Source of the DNA: Alphaproteobacteria bacterium
Lineage (GTDB): Bacteria; Pseudomonadota; Alphaproteobacteria; UBA2966
Assembly: GCA_964291395.2 (NCBI GenBank)
Contig: OZ219856.1
Coordinates: 1,344,001 to 1,408,000, forward strand
Direction: 5' to 3'
Length of the DNA stretch: 64,000 nt
This document shows, one piece after another, positions 60,365-64,000 of the stretch. Under the pieces are notes generated by a model. The model had not been told where the DNA came from. It worked only from the letters and a program-made list of their open reading frames with translations, and ran no database searches. The translations under genes were made by a program, and so were the position numbers. Positions within the stretch are counted from its first letter, which is position 1; each line of letters begins with the position of its first letter.

Positions 60365-62262
60365 CTAGAACAGGCTGTCGATAGCCCGTTGATTCACTTC
60401 GATGTCGTACTCCTGGTTCAGCGCCACTCTGTATTGAGCCAAAATGTCGTCGGCGAGCGCTTCATCGAGATTGCGTCGCAGTTCCCGATGTTCTGGTTGT
60501 TCGTCGCCTCGCTCCCCGCCCGGTCGATGCGGCGCAGCACCGCGATCGTGTGACCCGCACCCTGCGGGGCGGGTCCCTCGGCAACGTCACCGGTATGCAT
60601 CAAGGCGAAAAGCCTTGTCAGCAATTCTCCCGACACGTCACGGTTCACCCCCGCGTCGTAGCGGGTCAGCGCCGGGGTCGAGCGAACGTCCAAGCCTTCG
60701 GCCGCGGCCAGCGCCTCCAGACTTTCGCCCTGACGTATACGATCCGCGATGGCAGTTGCTCGTTCACGAGTAAGCCGGACGCGTTCGGATTCCTTCCAGT
60801 CGGTGATCACTTGTTCGCGAATGGAATCGAGCGACCTTGACAACGTCGGTGTGATGCCGTCTACGCGAACGATGAAATAGCCGCCGCCGATACTTTCGGT
60901 CAGCGCCGACTCCTGACCTTCCGCGGTTCCAAATGCGGTCGGCAGAAACTCGGGATAAGCCGGCACATTTTCAACTTCCGCACCGTCGGGTGCCCGGCCG
61001 CCCGCGTCAATCCGTGAGAGCTTGCCGACGTTCAGGTTGAGGCGGTTCGCGCTTTCTTCGAGTGTGGCGCCTCCCGCGAGTTCATCCTCCAATTCGTTGG
61101 CGAGTTCGAACAGGCTGTCGGCGGCCCGACGCAAGGCGAGGTCCCCGCGCAAGTCCTCCCTGGCTTCCTCCAAGGACGTTGTCCGGCCCGGGATGACCTT
61201 GTTGATCCGATAGATATGCCACCCGAAGTCGCTCCGTTGAGGGTCCAGATACTGTCCCTGGGGGGCCGCGAAAACTGTCTCTGCGGCGTCCGACGACAGT
61301 GGGAGTTCCGTGATCGTCAGCACGCCGAGCGCCGTGTCTTCCGGCTCCAGTCCAGCTGTATTCCGGGCGATGTCTTCAAAGGCCTCGCCTTGCTTGAGCC
61401 TTTCCAGCGCGTCCCTCGCCGAAGTCTCATCGTCAACGACGATCTGAGATAGATCCCGCCGTTCGGGCTCGATGAACTCGTCGAGTCGGGACTCGTACTC
61501 GTCGGAAATCTCGGTTTCCGTTACCGTTACTTCATCAAGCAGTTGTTCGGGAGTCAGCGCGACGTATGTGAGCGCCCGGTATTCGGGGGCCATATAGCGC
61601 CCCGACGAGTCCTTGTAGAACTGCTCGAGTACGGCATCGTCCGGCGTTGCCGGTTTGGGGATGGACGAGTTGAGGACGACGGCGACATCGGCGACCCGCC
61701 GTTCGGCTCTGTGGCGAAAGATTGCGTCGACAACGGGTTGGGGTGTTTCCGCGCCTAGGGCAATGCCGTTCATCAACTGGGTGCGCCGCAGATCCGCGCG
61801 GCGCACGTACTCGAAGTATTCGCGCGTGTACCCCAACTGCCGAAGCACGTCGCGGTAGTAAAGCGGATCGAACCTCCCCAATTCGTTCCGGAACGCCGGA
61901 TTGGAACGAATATCCGCCGCCAGGTCCTTGTCCGACACCGTTAGTCCATATCCCAACGCCACCTGATCGAACAACGCCCTGTTGATCATGCGCTGAAGCG
62001 TAAGATTCTCGATGCCCAATCGGCGGGCCTGGTCGGCATCAAGCTGCTGCCCCATGCGCTGATTCAACTGGTCCAGCTCCCGGCGGTAAGCGTCACCGAA
62101 TTCGGATCGCGTTATTTCGACGTCGCCCACCGTGGCCACCGTGGCGTCGGACGGTCCGCGAAAAATGTCGCCGATTCCCCAGACGGCAAAACTTAGGATG
62201 AGCACTCCGAGGAACGCCTTTACGATCCAGGAGCCCGTCTGCTTGCGAAGTGAGTCCAGCAT
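60365..62262 (-). CDS. ppiD: PpiD-like periplasmic chaperone (SurA N-terminal plus parvulin domain), with an apparent frameshift near the 3' end
   Basis: N-terminal TM ILSFAVWGIGD, PEYR, SDFGWHI. The as-read frame stops at 60418, but a family-like C-terminus continues in another frame to TAG at 60365. Confidence 0.85.
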
Positions 62263-62477
62263 TGCTCGCTATCCCGTATTCCGCAGACACGTACGACCCT
62301 TCGGCACGATGCCGCGACACGTTGCCGAACGAGGGATAGCGGCCCAAACGGCCGCTTTTGTCAACCGTCGTGAGGTATCCACGACCATAGCCTTCCCTTC
62401 GGGGTACAGCATTGTGGCTTCGGAGGGCGTTCGCGCCTATAACACCCTGCCAACACGAACTCATAGAATCTCTCGGT

Positions 62478-63260
62478 ATGACAGGTGCGCCTCGCCCGCT
62501 CGTCGCAGGCAACTGGAAAATGAACGGCATCAGGGCCGAAGCCGTCGGACTCGCGGGTTCGCTGGTTGATCTTGCAGGGGCGGAGAACGGGCTCCCTTGC
62601 GACATCCTCGTGTGCCCGCCAGCGCATTTGCTTTTCCCGGTTCTCGACGTCATCGCCGGCTCGCAAATCGCATTGGGCGGCCAGGATTGTCACGCGCGAC
62701 CGGACGGTGCCCACACGGGCGACATCAGCGCCGGAATGCTCAAGGACGCCGGTTGCACCTACGTGATCGTCGGTCATTCGGAGAGAAGGGCCGACCACGG
62801 GGAAACGGATTCCGTCGTGTGCGAGAAGGCTGCCGCGGCGCACCGTGCCGGCTTGGTTCCCATCGTATGCGTCGGTGAAACGGAAGCGCAGCGAAGTGCG
62901 GGACAGGCGCTTCGAACGGTCGAAAACCAACTCGGTAGTTCGGTTCCGGACGGTGCCGGCGCATCGAATACGGTCGTCGCCTACGAACCCGTATGGGCAA
63001 TTGGGACCGGCCGGACGCCAACGCTGCAGGAAATTCGCGACGTTCACGGCGTGATGCGGAGCCTGCTCGTAGAGAGGTTTGGTCCGGAGTCGGCGACGCT
63101 GCGCCTTCTGTACGGAGGTTCCGTGAATCCCGGCAACGCGGGAGAGATCATGTCGGTCGAGAACGTCGACGGGGGCTTGGTCGGCGGCGCGAGCCTGGAG
63201 GCGGAGACGTTCTGGCCCATCGTCCGGGCGTTCGGCCATGGCGGCTCGGGTTGGGCTTGA
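62478..63260 (+). CDS. tpiA: Triosephosphate isomerase
   Basis: AGNWKMN, GAHTG, GHSERR, AYEPVWAIGTG, YGGSV, LVGGASL. Confidence 0.99.
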   Translation: MTGAPRPLVAGNWKMNGIRAEAVGLAGSLVDLAGAENGLPCDILVCPPAHLLFPVLDVIAGSQIALGGQDCHARPDGAHTGDISAGMLKDAGCTYVIVGHSERRADHGETDSVVCEKAAAAHRAGLVPIVCVGETEAQRSAGQALRTVENQLGSSVPDGAGASNTVVAYEPVWAIGTGRTPTLQEIRDVHGVMRSLLVERFGPESATLRLLYGGSVNPGNAGEIMSVENVDGGLVGGASLEAETFWPIVRAFGHGGSGWA

Positions 63261-63266
63261 ACCGCC
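63240..63266. repeat. REP-like palindrome, copy A3 (overlaps the tpiA stop)
   Basis: GGCGGCTCGGG-TTGGG-CTTGAACCGCC, flanked by CAT/ATG. Confidence 0.65.
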
Positions 63267-63440
63267 ATGAAGGCCGGAATGCGGCCGGTCGGGTAGAGGA
63301 GGAGTGTCGGACGGACGGTAGATGTGAGGTCTGATACCTATCCCTCCGGCACCGCTTCCCCTGTGTTTCGCCAACTCGGCCATACGTGCCTCCTATTCGG
63401 TTCCAGTATTTTACACGAACCACGCGGTGTGTGCGAATAA

Positions 63441-63468
63441 AATCACCAATTCAGTAATTTTGGTGATT
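63441..63468. promoter_or_regulatory. Perfect AT-rich inverted repeat, candidate transcription-factor operator
   Basis: AATCACCAA-N10-TTGGTGATT. Confidence 0.55.
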
Positions 63469-63538
63469 CAGGCGAACGGTAAGCCCGAGGATGCCATGGA
63501 CGCGGAGAAACGCCCGCCTGAGCAATAAGGAATTCCGA

Positions 63539-63564
63539 AGCGGTTCCAGTCAAACCGGAACCGC
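63539..63564. repeat. REP-like palindrome, copy B2
   Basis: AGCGGTTCCAG-TCAAA-CCGGAACCGC, nearly identical to 48247-48273. Confidence 0.75.
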
Positions 63565-63616
63565 GCCGGTGGGGAGGATGATTGCTTCGGCACGCCGCTT
63601 CGTCTAGGAATGCGCC

Positions 63617-63946
63617 ATGATCACGGTAATCCTTGTGGCCCACATCCTGCTGGCGCTGGCGCTGGTGGGAGTTATCCTTTTGCAGCGCAGCGAGGGCGGT
63701 GCGCTCGGGATCGGAGGCGGCGGGGGTGGGGGCGGCAGCATGATGTCGAGCCGGAGCGCGGCCAATCTGCTGACCCGGGCCACGGCCATCCTCGCGACTT
63801 GTTTCATCGCAACGAGCATCATGCTGGCCATCCTTTCGGGCGGGGTCCAAGGACCGTCATCGGTGATCGAGACCGAACCCCGGGCGCCGGCATCGGGAGC
63901 ACCGTCGCAGGAGCCGGGCGGGCCTTCCGTCCCCCTGTCGCGGTAA
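63617..63946 (+). CDS. secG: Preprotein translocase subunit SecG
   Basis: ILLQRSEGGALG, AANLLTRATAILA; two TMs; follows tpiA. Confidence 0.97.
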   Translation: MITVILVAHILLALALVGVILLQRSEGGALGIGGGGGGGGSMMSSRSAANLLTRATAILATCFIATSIMLAILSGGVQGPSSVIETEPRAPASGAPSQEPGGPSVPLSR

Positions 63947-64000
63947 ACGCCGATCACGTGAGGCCAATTCGCCATATCGCCCTGCTTTCGCTTGGGGGCG

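Noticed and set aside
60363-60420. trp attenuator or leader peptide before trpE
   Set aside because: This region is the real ppiD 3' end in the shifted frame; there is no tandem-Trp leader or terminator
62361-63383. 340-aa antisense ORF over tpiA as a full-length protein
   Set aside because: Its length is explained by the in-register shadow frame; only its start signals are notable and are reported as a finding
63713-63736. Eight-glycine run in SecG
   Set aside because: A Gly-rich loop is normal for alphaproteobacterial SecG, and the mixed codons argue against a slippage tract

Overview
GC-rich (roughly 60%, by eye) core-chromosome segment of an alphaproteobacterium with Rhodospirillales-like gene order. 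Left to right: 3' end of probable nnr, tRNA-Leu, tig-clpP-clpX-lon-hup, tRNA-Val, tRNA-Asp, the complete nuoA-N operon, birA-coaX-rnj-mce-DUF1467-like, an opposed NCS2 purine permease, proS-lolC/E-lolD-dnaE, rpsB-tsf-pyrH-frr-uppS-cdsA-dxr-rseP-bamA-skp-lpxD-fabZ-lpxA-lpxI (no lpxB), gloA, gltA/gltX, comEC, the minus-strand run ppiD-trpE-trpG-trpD-trpC-moaC-moeA-lexA, then tpiA and secG. I see no CRISPR array, prophage, integrase, transposase or defence island, and I cannot support a large novel multi-gene system. The unexplained signals are small and mostly intergenic: (1) an unannotated 36-aa membrane peptide carrying the tmRNA-tag-like motif AANDN; (2) a minus-strand cassette between tpiA and secG (palindrome, promoter, strong SD, ATG, internal anti-SD); (3) five REP-like palindromes of one family; (4) a perfect alphaproteobacterial SOS box before dnaE; (5) a single-base frameshift in ppiD; (6) lpxB absent from its usual locus; (7) an AT-rich patch inside gltX. 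All calls come from reading the sequence and ORF track only; no searches were run.
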